Shown: positions 1 to 12,200 of the stretch, in pieces
Numbering within the stretch: position 1 is the first letter of the stretch
Layout: every line of letters starts with the position of its first letter
Assembly (NCBI GenBank): GCA_964016885.1
Contig: OZ024756.1
Coordinates: 2,852,001 to 2,916,000, forward strand
DNA: 64,000 nt
Direction of reading: 5' to 3'
Origin: Eledone cirrhosa
Lineage: Eukaryota
The notes under the pieces: generated by a model
What the model saw: only the letters and a program-made list of their open reading frames with translations
What the model was told of the DNA's origin: nothing
Databases searched by the model: none
Program-made: the position numbers and the translations under genes

Positions 1-210
1 TATTGCTGTTGTTGTTACTGTTGTTGCTGTTGTTGTTGGCGTAGTTGTTGTTGTTGCTGTTACTGTTGTTATTGCTGTTGTTGTTACTGTTGTTGCTGTT
101 GTTGTTACTGTTGTTATTGCTGTTGTTGCAGCTATTATTGCTTTTGTTATTGTTGTTGTTATTGCTGTTATTTCTGTGCCGTTGTTATTTTTATTGCTGT
201 TATTGCTGTT
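1..210. repeat. degenerate (GTT/GCT/ATT)n trinucleotide low-complexity tract
   Basis: Runs such as gttgttgctgttgttgttactgtt; grades directly into the first satellite monomer at 211. Confidence 0.9.
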
Positions 211-3200
211 GTTGTTAGTCATCGTGGCTATAGTTACAGTTGTTAGTCAGCGTGGCTGTAGTTACAGTTGTTAGTCAGTGAAGCTGTAGTTACAGTTGTT
301 AGTCAGCGAGGCTATAGATACAGTTGTTAATCAGTGAAGCTGTAGATACAGTTGTTAGTCAGTGAAGCTGTAGTTACAGTTGTTAGTCAGCGTGGCTGTA
401 GTTACAGTTGTTAGTCAGCGTGGCTGTACTTACAGTTGTTAGTCAGCGAGGCTGTAGTTACAGTTGTTAGTCAACGTGGCTATAGTTACAGTTGTTAGTC
501 AGCGAAGCTGTAGCTACAGTTGTTAGTCAGCGTGGCTAAAGTTACAGTTGTTAGTCACCGTGGCTGTAGTTATAGTTGTTAGTCAGCGAGGCTGCAGTTA
601 CAGTTGTTAGTCAGCGTGGCTATAGTTACAGTTGTTAGTCAACGTGGCTGTAGTTACAGTTGTTAGTCAGTGAAGCTGTAGTTCAAGTTGTTAGTTAGCG
701 TTGCTGTAGTTACAGTTGTTAGTCAGCGTGGCTGTAGTTACAGTTGTTAGTCAGTGAAGCTGTAGATACAGTTGTTAGTCAGTGAAGCTGTAGTTCCAGT
801 TGTTAGTTAGCGTGGCTGTAGTTACAGTTGTTAGTCAGCGTGGCTATAGTTACAGTTGTTAGTCAGCGTGGCTGTAGTTACAGTTGTTAGTCAGTGAAGC
901 TGTTAGTTAGCGTGGCTGTAGTTACAGTTGTTAGTCAGCGAGGCTATAGTTACAGTTGTTAGTCAGTGAAGCTGTAGTTACAGTTGTTAGTCAGTGAAGC
1001 TGTAGTTACAGTTGTTAGTCAGTGAAGCTGTAGTTACAGTTGTTAGTCAGCGAAGCTGTAGTTGCAGTTGTTAGTCAGAGTGGCTATAGTTACAGTTGTT
1101 AGGCAGCGAGGCTATAGTTATAGTTGTTAGTCAGCGTGGCTAGAGTTACAGTTGTTAGTCAGCGAGGCTATAGTTACAGTTGTTAGTCAGCGAAGCTGTA
1201 GTTACAGTTGTTAGTCAGCGAGGCTATAGTTACAGTTTTTAGTCAGCGAGGCTATAGATAAAGTTGTTAGTCAGCGAGGCTATAGTTACAGTTGTTAGTC
1301 AGCGAGGCTATATATACAGTTGTTAGTCAGCGAGGCTATAGTTACAGTTGTTAGTCAGCGAGGCTATAGATACAGTTGTTAGTCAGTGAAGCTGTAGTTA
1401 CAGTTGTTAGTCAGCGAGGCTATAGATACAGTTGTTAGTCAGTGAAGCTGTAGTTACAGTTGTTAGTCAGCGAGGCTATAGTTACAGTTTTTAGTCAGCG
1501 TGGCTATAGTTACCATTGTTAGTCAGCGTGGCTATAGTTACAGTTGTTAGTCAGCATGGCTGTAGTTACAGTTGTTAATCAGCGTGAATATAGTTACAGT
1601 TGTTAGTCGGCGTGGCTATAGTTACAGTTGTTAGTCAGTGGAGCTGTACCTACAGTTGTTAGTCAGCGAGGCTATAGTTACAGTTGTTAGTCAATGTGGC
1701 TATAGTTACAGTTGTTAGTCAGTGAAGCTGTAATTACAGTTGTTAGTCAGCGAGCTGTAGTTACAATTGTTAGTCAGCGAGGCTGTAGTTACAGTTGTTA
1801 GTCAGCGTGGCTATAGATACAGTTGTTAGTCAGTGAAGCTGTAATTACAGTTGTTAGTCAGCATGGCTGTAGTTACAGTTGTTAATCAGCGTGGCTGTAG
1901 TTACAGTTGTTAGTCAGTGAAGCTGTAATTACAGTTGTTAGTCAGCAAAGCTGGAGTTGCAGATGTTAGTCAGCGAGGCTATCGTTACAGTTGTTAGTCA
2001 GCGTGGCTATAGTTACAGTTGTTAGTCAGCTTGACTATAGTTACAGTTGTTAATCAGCGAAGCTGTAGTTACAGTTGTTAGTCAACGAGGCTATCGTTAC
2101 AGTTGTTAGTCAGCGTGGCTTTAGTTACAGTTGTTAGTCAGCGTAGCTATAGTTACAGTTGTTAGTCAGCGAGGCTATAGTTACAGTTGTTAGTCAGTGA
2201 AGCTGTAGTCACAGTTGTTAGTCAGCGTGCCTATAGTTACAGTTGTTAGTCAGCGTGTCTGAGGTTACAGTTGTTAGTCAACGTGGCTATAGTTACAGTT
2301 GTTAGTCAGCGAAGCTGTAGCTACAGTTGTTAGTCAGCGTGGCTAATGTTACAGTTGTTAGTCACCGTGGCTGTAGTTATAGTTGTTAGTCAGCGAGGCT
2401 GCAGTTACTGTTGTTAGTCAGCGTGGCTATAGTTACAGTTGTTAGTCAACGTGGCTGTAGTTACAGTTGTTAGTCAGTGAAGCTGTAGATACAGTTGTTA
2501 GTCAGTGAAGCTGTTAGTTAGCGTGGCTGTAGTTACAGTTGTTAGTCAGCGAGGCTATAGTTACAGTTGTTAGTCAGTGAAGCTGTAGTTACAGTTGTTA
2601 GTCAGTGAAGCTGTAGTTACAGTTGTTAGTCAGTGAAGCTGTAGTTACAGTTGTTAGTCAGCGTAGCTATAATTACAGTTGTTAGTCAGTGAAGCTGTAG
2701 TTACAGTTGTTAGTCAGCGTGGCTGTAGTTACAGTTGTTATTCAGCGTGGCTATAGTCACAGTTGTTAGTCAGCGAAGCTGTAGTTACAGTTGTTAGTCA
2801 GAGTGGCTATAGTTACAGTTGTTAGGCAGCGCGGCTTTAATTATAGTTGTTAGTCAGCGTGGCTATAGTTACAGTTGTTAGTCAGCGAGGCTATAGATAC
2901 AGTTGTTAGTCAGTGAAGCTGTAGTTACAGTTGTTAGTCAGCGAGGCTATAGTTACAGTTGTTAGTCAGCGAGGCTATAGATAAAGTTGTTAGTCAGCGC
3001 GGCTATAGATACAGTTGTTAGTCAGCGAGGCTATAGTTACAGTTGTTAGTCAGCGAGGCTATAGATACAGTTGTTAGTCAGCGAGGCTATAGTTACAGTT
3101 GTTAGTCAGCGAGGCTATAGATACAGTTGTTAGTCAGTGAAGCTGTAGTTACAGTTGTTAGTCAGCGTGGCTAGATTTACAGTTGTTAGTCAGCGAGGCT

Positions 3201-6200
3201 ATAGTTACAGTTGTTAGTCAGCGAAGCTGTAGTTACAGTTGTTAGTCAGCGTGGCTAGAGTTACAGTTGTTAGTCAGCGAGGCTATAGTTACAGTTGTTA
3301 GTCAGCGAGGCTATAGATACAGTTGTTAGTCAGTGAAGCTGTAGTTACGATTGTTAGTCAGCGTGGCTAGAGTTACAGTTGTTAGTCAGCGAGGCTATAG
3401 TTACAGTTGTTAGTCAGCGAAGCTGTAGTTACAGTTGTTAGTCAGCGAGGCTATAGTTACAGTTTTTAGTCAGCGTGGCTATAGTACCATTGTTAGTCAG
3501 CGTGGCTATAGTTACAGTTGTTAGTCAGCATGGCTGTAGTTACAGTTGTTAATCAGCGTGACTATGGTTACAGTTGTTAGTCGGCGTGGCTATAGTTACA
3601 GTTGTTAGTCAGTGGAGCTGTACCTACAGTTGTTAGTCAGCGAGGCTATAGTTACAGTTGTTAGTCAATGTGGCTATAGTTCCAGTTGTTAGTCAGTGAA
3701 GCTGTAATTACAGTTGTTAGTCAGCGAGCTGTAGTTACAATTGTTAGTCAGCGAGGCTGTAGTTACAGTTGTTAGTCAGCGTGGCTATAGATACAGTTGT
3801 TAGTCAGTGAAGCTGTAATTATAGTTGTTAGTCAGCAAAGCTGGAGTTACAGATGTTAGTCAGCGAGGCTATCGTTACAGTTGTTAGTCAGCGTGGCTAT
3901 AGTTACAGTTGTTAGTCAGCTTGACTACAGTTACAGTTGTTAATCAGCGAAGCTGTAGTTACAGTTGTTAGTCAACGAGGCTATCGTTACAGTTGTTAGT
4001 CAGCGTGGCTATAGTTACAGTTGTTAGTCAGCGTTGCTATAGTTAAAGTTGTTAGTCAGCGAGGCTATAGTTACAGTTGTTAGTGAGCGTGGCTGTAGTT
4101 ACAGCTGTTAGTCAGTGAAGCTGTAGTCACAGTTGTTAGTCAGCGTGGCTATAGTTACAGTTGTTAGTCAGCGTGGCTGAGGTTACAGTTGTTAGTCAGC
4201 GCAGCTGTAGTCACAGTTGTTAGTCAGCGTGGCTAGAGTTACAGTTGTTAGTCAGCGTGGCTGTAGTTACAGTTGTTAGTCAGCGAGGCTGTAGTTACAG
4301 TTGTTAGTCAGTGAAGCTGTAGTTACAGTTGTTAGTTAGCGAGGCTGTAGTTACAGTTGTTAGTCAGTGAAGCTGTAGTTACAGTTGTTAGTCAGTGAAG
4401 CTGTAATTACAGTTATTAGTCACCGTGGCTGTAGTTACAGTTGTTAGTCAGCGTGGCTGTAGTTACAGTTGTTAGTCAGCGTGGCTATAGTTACAGTTGT
4501 TAGTCAGCGAAGCTGTAGCTACAGTTGTTAGTCAGCGTGGCTAAAGTTACAGTTGTTAGTCACCGTGGCTGCAGTTATAGTTGTTAGTCAGCGAGGCTGC
4601 AGTTACAGTTGTTAGTCAGCGTGGCTATAGTTACAGTTGTTAGTCAACGTGGCTGTATTTACAGTTGTTAGTCAGTGAAGCTGTAGTTACAGTTGTTACT
4701 CAGTGAAGCTGTAGTTACAGTTGTTAGTCAGTGAAGCTGTAGTTACAGTTGTTAGTCAGCGTGGCTATAATTACAGTTGTTAGTCAGTGAAGCTGTAGTT
4801 AGAGTTGTTAGTCAGCGTGGCTGTAGTTACAGTTGTTAGTCAGCGTGGCTATAGCCACAGTTGTTAGTCAGCGAAGCTGTAGTTACAGTTGTTAGTCAGA
4901 GTGGCTATAGTTCAAGTTGTTAGGCAGCGAGGCTATAGTTATAGTTGTTAGTCAGCGTGGCTATAGTTACAGTTGTTAGTCAGCGAGGCTATAGATACAG
5001 TTGTTAGTCAGTGAAGCTGTAGTTACAGTTGTTAGTCAGCGAGGCTATAGTTACAATTGTTAGTCAGCGAGGCTATAGATAAAGTTGTTAGTCAGCGAGG
5101 CTATAGATACAGTTGTTAGTCAGCGAGGCTATAGTTACAGTTGTTAGTCAGCGAGGCTATAGATACAGTTGTTAGTCAGCGAGGCTATAGTTACAGTTGT
5201 TAGTCAGCGAGGCTATAGATACAGTTGTTAGTCAGTGAAGCTGTAGTTACAGTTGTTAGTCAGCGAGGCTATAGTTACAGTTGTTAGTCAGCGAGGCTAT
5301 AGATACAGTTGTTAGTCAGTAAAGCTGTAGTTACAATTGTTAGTCAGCGTGGCTAGAGTTACAGTTGTTAGTCAGCGAGGCTATAGTTACAGTTGTTAGT
5401 CAGCGAAGCTGTAGTTACAGTTGTTAGTCAGCGAGGCTATAGTTACAGTTTTTAGTCAGCCTGGCTGTAGTTACAGTTGTTAATCAGCGTGACTATAGTT
5501 ACCATTGTTAGTCGACGTGGCTATAGTTACAGTTGTTAGTCGGCGTGGCTATAGTTACAGTTGTTAGTCAGTGGAGCTGTACCTACAGTTGTTAGTCAGT
5601 GAAGCTGTAGTTACAGTTGTTAGTCAGTGAAGCTGTAGTTACAGTTGTTAGTCAGCGTGGCTATAATTACAGTTGTTAGTCAGTGAAGCTGTAGTTAGAG
5701 TTGTTAGTCAGCGTGGCTGTAGTTACAGTTGTTAGTCAGCGTGGCTATAGTCACAGTTGTTAGTCAGCGAAGCTGTAGTTACAGTTGTTAGTCAGAGTGG
5801 CTATAGTTCAAGTTGTTAGGCAGCGAGGCTATAGTTATAGTTGTTAGTCAGCGTGGCTATAGTTACAGTTGTTAGTCAGCGAGGCTATAGATACAGTTGT
5901 TAGTCAGTGAAGCTGTAGTTACAGTTGTTAGTCAGCGAGGCTATAGTTACAATTGTTAGTCAGCGAGGCTATAGATAAAGTTGTTAGTCAGCGAGGCTAT
6001 AGATACAGTTGTTAGTCAGCGAGGCTATAGTTACAGTTGCTAGTCAGCGAGGCTATAGATACAGTTGTTAGTCAGCGAGGCTATAGTTACAGTTGTTAGT
6101 CAGCGAGGCTATAGATACAGTTGTTAGTCAGTGAAGCTGTAGTTACAGTTGTTAGTCAGCGAGGCTATAGTTACAGTTGTTAGTCAGCGAGGCTATAGAT

Positions 6201-9200
6201 ACAGTTGTTAGTCAGTAAAGCTGTAGTTACAATTGTTAGTCAGCGTGGCTAGAGTTACAGTTGTTAGTCAGCGAGGCTATAGTTACAGTTGTTAGTCAGC
6301 GAAGCTGTAGTTACAGTTGTTAGTCAGCGAGGCTATAGTTACAGTTTTTAGTCAGCCTGGCTGTAGTTACAGTTGTTAATCAGCGTGACTATAGTTACCA
6401 TTGTTAGTCGGCGTGGCTATAGCTACAGTTGTTAGTCGGCGTGGCTATAGTTACAGTTGTTAGTCAGTGGAGCTGTACCTACAGTTGTTAGTCAGCGAGG
6501 CTATAGTTACAGTTGTTAGTCAGTGTGGCTATAGTTACAGTTGTTAGTCAGTGAAGCTGTAATTACAGTTGTTAGTCAGCGAGCTGTAGTTACAATTGTT
6601 AGTCAGCGAGGCTGTAGTTACAGTTGTTAGTCAGCGTGGCTATAGATACAGTTGTTAGTCAGTGAAGCTGTAATTACAGTTGTTAGTCAGCATGGCTGTA
6701 GTTACAGTTGTTCATCAGCGTGGCTGAGGTTACAGTTGTTAGTCAGTGAAGCTGTAATTACAGTTGTTAGTCAGCATGGCTGTAGTTACAGTTGTTGATC
6801 AGCGTGGCTGTAGTTACAGTTGTTAGTCAGTGAAGCTGTAATTACAGTTGTTAGTCAGCAAAGCTGGAGTTACAGATGTTAGTCAGCGAGGCTATCGTTA
6901 CAGTTGTTAGTCAGCGTGGCTATAGTTACAGTTGTTAGTCAGCTTGACTATAGTTACAGTTGTTAATCAGCGAAGCTGTAGTTACAGTTGTTAGTCAACG
7001 AGGCTATCGTTACAGTTGTTAGTCAGCGTGGCTATAGTTACAGTTGTTAGTCAGCGTAGCTATAGTTACAGTTGTTAGTCAGCGAGGCTATAGTTACAGT
7101 TGTTAGTGAGCGTGGCTGTAGTTCCAGTTGTTAGTCAGTGAAGCTGTAGTCACAGTTGTTAGTCAGCGTGGCTATAGTTACAGTTGTTAGTCAGCGTGGC
7201 TGTAGTTACAGTTGTTAGTCAGTGAAGCTGTAATTACAGTTGTTAGTCACCGTGGCTGTAGTTACAGCTGTTAGTCAGCGTGGCTGTAGTTACAGTTGTT
7301 AGTCAGCGTGGCTGTAGTTACAGTTGCTAGTCAGCGTGGCTATAGTTACAGTTGTTAGTCAGCGTGGCTGTAGTTACAGTTGTTAGTCAGCGTGGCTATA
7401 GTTACAGTTGTTAGTCAGCGTGGCTATAGTTACAGTTGTTAGTCAGCGTGCTTGTAGTTACAGTTGTTAGTCAGCGCTGCTGTAGTTACAGTTGTTAGTC
7501 AGCGTGGCTGTACTTTCAGTTGTTAGTCAGCGAGGCTGTAGTTACAGTTGTTAGTCAACGTGGCTATAGTTACAGTTGTTAGTCAGCGAAGCTGTAGCTA
7601 CAGTTGTTAGTCAGCGTGGCTAAAGTTACAGTTGTTAGTCACCGTGGCTGTAGTTATAGTTGCTAGTCAGCGAGGCTGTAGTTACAGTTGTTAGTCAGCG
7701 AAGCTCTAGTTACAGTTGTTAGTCAGCGTGGCTGTAGTTACAGTTGTTAGTGAGCGTGGCTATAGCTACAGTTGTTAGTCAGCGTGGCTGTACTTACAGT
7801 TGTTAGTCAGTGAAGCTGTAGTTACAGTAGTTAGTCAGCGTGGCTGTAGTTACAGTTGTTAGTCAGCGTGGCTATAGTTACAGTAGTTAGTCAGCGTGGC
7901 TATAGTTACAGTTGTTAGTCAGCGTGGCTGTAGTTACAGTTGTTAGTCAGTGAAGCTATAGTTACAGTTGTTAGTCAGCGTGGCTATAGTTACAGTTGTT
8001 AGTCAGCGAAGCTGTAGTTACAGTTGTTAGTCAGCGAGGCTATAGTTACAGTTGTTAGTCAGCGAAGCTGTAGTTACAGTTGTTAGTCAGCGAGGTTATA
8101 GTTACAGTTGTTAGTCAGCGAGGCTGTAGTTACAGTTGTTAGTCAGCGTTGCTATAGTTACAGTTGTTATTGAGCGTGGCTAGAGTTACAGTTGTTAGTC
8201 AGCGAAGCTGTAGTTACAGTTGTTAGTCAGCGAGGCTATAGTTACAGTTGTTAGTCAGTGAAGCTGTAGTTACAGTTGTTAGTCAGTGAAGCTGTAGTTA
8301 CAGTTGTTAGTCAGTGAAGCTGTAGTTACAGTTGTTAGTCAGCGTAGCTATAATTACAGTTGTTAGTCAGTGAAGCTGTAGTTACAGTTGTTAGTCAGCG
8401 TGGCTGTAGTTACAGTTGTTATTCAGCGTGGCTATAGTCACAGTTGTTAGTCAGCGAAGCTGTAGTTACAGTTGTTAGTCAGAGTGGCTATAGTTACAGT
8501 TGTTAGGCAGCGCGGCTTTAATTATAGTTGTTAGTCAGCGTGGCTATAGTTACAGTTGTTAGTCAGCGAGGCTATAGATACAGTTGTTAGTCAGTGAAGC
8601 TGTAGTTACAGTTGTTAGTCAGCGAGGCTATAGTTACAGTTGTTAGTCAGCGAGGCTATAGATAAAGTTGTTAGTCAGCGCGGCTATAGATACAGTTGTT
8701 AGTCAGCGAGGCTATAGTTACAGTTGTTAGTCAGCGAGGCTATAGATACAGTTGTTAGTCAGCGAGGCTATAGTTACAGTTGTTAGTCAGCGAGGCTATA
8801 GATACAGTTGTTAGTCAGTGAAGCTGTAGTTACAGTTGTTAGTCAGCGTGGCTAGATTTACAGTTGTTAGTCAGCGAGGCTATAGTTACAGTTGTTAGTC
8901 AGCGAAGCTGTAGTTACAGTTGTTAGTCAGCGTGGCTAGAGTTACAGTTGTTAGTCAGCGAGGCTATAGTTACAGTTGTTAGTCAGCGAGGCTATAGATA
9001 CAGTTGTTAGTCAGTGAAGCTGTAGTTACGATTGTTAGTCAGCGTGGCTAGAGTTACAGTTGTTAGTCAGCGAGGCTATAGTTACAGTTGTTAGTCAGCG
9101 AAGCTGTAGTTACAGTTGTTAGTCAGCGAGGCTATAGTTACAGTTTTTAGTCAGCGTGGCTATAGTACCATTGTTAGTCAGCGTGGCTATAGTTACAGTT

Positions 9201-12200
9201 GTTAGTCAGCATGGCTGTAGTTACAGTTGTTAATCAGCGTGACTATGGTTACAGTTGTTAGTCGGCGTGGCTATAGTTACAGTTGTTAGTCAGTGGAGCT
9301 GTACCTACAGTTGTTAGTCAGCGAGGCTATAGTTACAGTTGTTAGTCAATGTGGCTATAGTTCCAGTTGTTAGTCAGTGAAGCTGTAATTACAGTTGTTA
9401 GTCAGCGAGCTGTAGTTACAATTGTTAGTCAGCGAGGCTGTAGTTACAGTTGTTAGTCAGCGTGGCTATAGATACAGTTGTTAGTCAGTGAAGCTGTAAT
9501 TATAGTTGTTAGTCAGCAAAGCTGGAGTTACAGATGTTAGTCAGCGAGGCTATCGTTACAGTTGTTAGTCAGCGTGGCTATAGTTACAGTTGTTAGTCAG
9601 CTTGACTACAGTTACAGTTGTTAATCAGCGAAGCTGTAGTTACAGTTGTTAGTCAACGAGGCTATCGTTACAGTTGTTAGTCAGCGTGGCTATAGTTACA
9701 GTTGTTAGTCAGCGTTGCTATAGTTAAAGTTGTTAGTCAGCGAGGCTATAGTTACAGTTGTTAGTGAGCGTGGCTGTAGTTACAGCTGTTAGTCAGTGAA
9801 GCTGTAGTCACAGTTGTTAGTCAGCGTGGCTATAGTTACAGTTGTTAGTCAGCGTGGCTGAGGTTACAGTTGTTAGTCAGCGCAGCTGTAGTCACAGTTG
9901 TTAGTCAGCGTGGCTAGAGTTACAGTTGTTAGTCAGCGTGGCTGTAGTTACAGTTGTTAGTCAGCGAGGCTGTAGTTACAGTTGTTAGTCAGTGAAGCTG
10001 TAGTTACAGTTGTTAGTTAGCGAGGCTGTAGTTACAGTTGTTAGTCAGTGAAGCTGTAGTTACAGTTGTTAGTCAGTGAAGCTGTAATTACAGTTATTAG
10101 TCACCGTGGCTGTAGTTACAGTTGTTAGTCAGCGTGGCTGTAGTTACAGTTGTTAGTCAGCGTGGCTATAGTTACAGTTGTTAGTCAGCGAAGCTGTAGC
10201 TACAGTTGTTAGTCAGCGTGGCTAAAGTTACAGTTGTTAGTCACCGTGGCTGCAGTTATAGTTGTTAGTCAGCGAGGCTGCAGTTACAGTTGTTAGTCAG
10301 CGTGGCTATAGTTACAGTTGTTAGTCAACGTGGCTGTATTTACAGTTGTTAGTCAGTGAAGCTGTAGTTACAGTTGTTACTCAGTGAAGCTGTAGTTACA
10401 GTTGTTAGTCAGTGAAGCTGTAGTTACAGTTGTTAGTCAGCGTGGCTATAATTACAGTTGTTAGTCAGTGAAGCTGTAGTTAGAGTTGTTAGTCAGCGTG
10501 GCTGTAGTTACAGTTGTTAGTCAGCGTGGCTATAGCCACAGTTGTTAGTCAGCGAAGCTGTAGTTACAGTTGTTAGTCAGAGTGGCTATAGTTCAAGTTG
10601 TTAGGCAGCGAGGCTATAGTTATAGTTGTTAGTCAGCGTGGCTATAGTTACAGTTGTTAGTCAGCGAGGCTATAGATACAGTTGTTAGTCAGTGAAGCTG
10701 TAGTTACAGTTGTTAGTCAGCGAGGCTATAGTTACAATTGTTAGTCAGCGAGGCTATAGATAAAGTTGTTAGTCAGCGAGGCTATAGATACAGTTGTTAG
10801 TCAGCGAGGCTATAGTTACAGTTGTTAGTCAGCGAGGCTATAGATACAGTTGTTAGTCAGCGAGGCTATAATTACAGTTGTTAGTCAGCGAGGCTATAGA
10901 TACAGTTGTTAGTCAGTGAAGCTGTAGTTACAGTTGTTAGTCAGCGAGGCTATAGTTACAGTTGTTAGTCAGCGAGGCTATAGATACAGTTGTTAGTCAG
11001 TAAAGCTGTAGTTACAATTGTTAGTCAGCGTGGCTAGAGTTACAGTTGTTAGTCAGCGAGGCTATAGTTACAGTTGTTAGTCAGCGAAGCTGTAGTTACA
11101 GTTGTTAGTCAGCGTGACTATAGTTACCATTGTTAGTCGGCGTGGCTATAGTTACAGTTGTTAGTCGGCGTGGCTATAGTTACAGTTGTTAGTCAGTGGA
11201 GCTGTACCTACAGTTGTTAGTCAGTGAAGCTGTAGTTACAGTTGTTAGTCAGTGAAGCTGTAGTTACAGTTGTTAGTCAGCGAGGCTATAGTTACAGTTG
11301 TTAGTCAGCGAGGCTATAGATACAGTTGTTAGTCAGCGAGGCTATAGTTACAGTTGTTAGTCAGCGAGGCTATAGATACAGTTGTTAGTCAGTGAAGCTG
11401 TAGTTACAGTTGTTAGTCAGCGTGGCTAGATTTACAGTTGTTAGTCAGCGAGGCTATAGTTACAGTTGTTAGTCAGCGAAGCTGTAGTTACAGTTGTTAG
11501 TCAGCGTGGCTAGAGTTACAGTTGTTAGTCAGCGAGGCTATAGTTACAGTTGTTAGTCAGCGAGGCTATAGATACAGTTGTTAGTCAGTGAAGCTGTAGT
11601 TACGATTGTTAGTCAGCGTGGCTAGAGTTACAGTTGTTAGTCAGCGAGGCTATAGTTACAGTTGTTAGTCAGCGAAGCTGTAGTTACAGTTGTTAGTCAG
11701 CGAGGCTATAGTTACAGTTTTTAGTCAGCGTGGCTATAGTACCATTGTTAGTCAGCGTGGCTATAGTTACAGTTGTTAGTCAGCATGGCTGTAGTTACAG
11801 TTGTTAATCAGCGTGACTATGGTTACAGTTGTTAGTCGGCGTGGCTATAGTTACAGTTGTTAGTCAGTGGAGCTGTACCTACAGTTGTTAGTCAGCGAGG
11901 CTATAGTTACAGTTGTTAGTCAATGTGGCTATAGTTCCAGTTGTTAGTCAGTGAAGCTGTAATTACAGTTGTTAGTCAGCGAGCTGTAGTTACAATTGTT
12001 AGTCAGCGAGGCTGTAGTTACAGTTGTTAGTCAGCGTGGCTATAGATACAGTTGTTAGTCAGTGAAGCTGTAATTATAGTTGTTAGTCAGCAAAGCTGGA
12101 GTTACAGATGTTAGTCAGCGAGGCTATCGTTACAGTTGTTAGTCAGCGTGGCTATAGTTACAGTTGTTAGTCAGCTTGACTACAGTTACAGTTGTTAATC

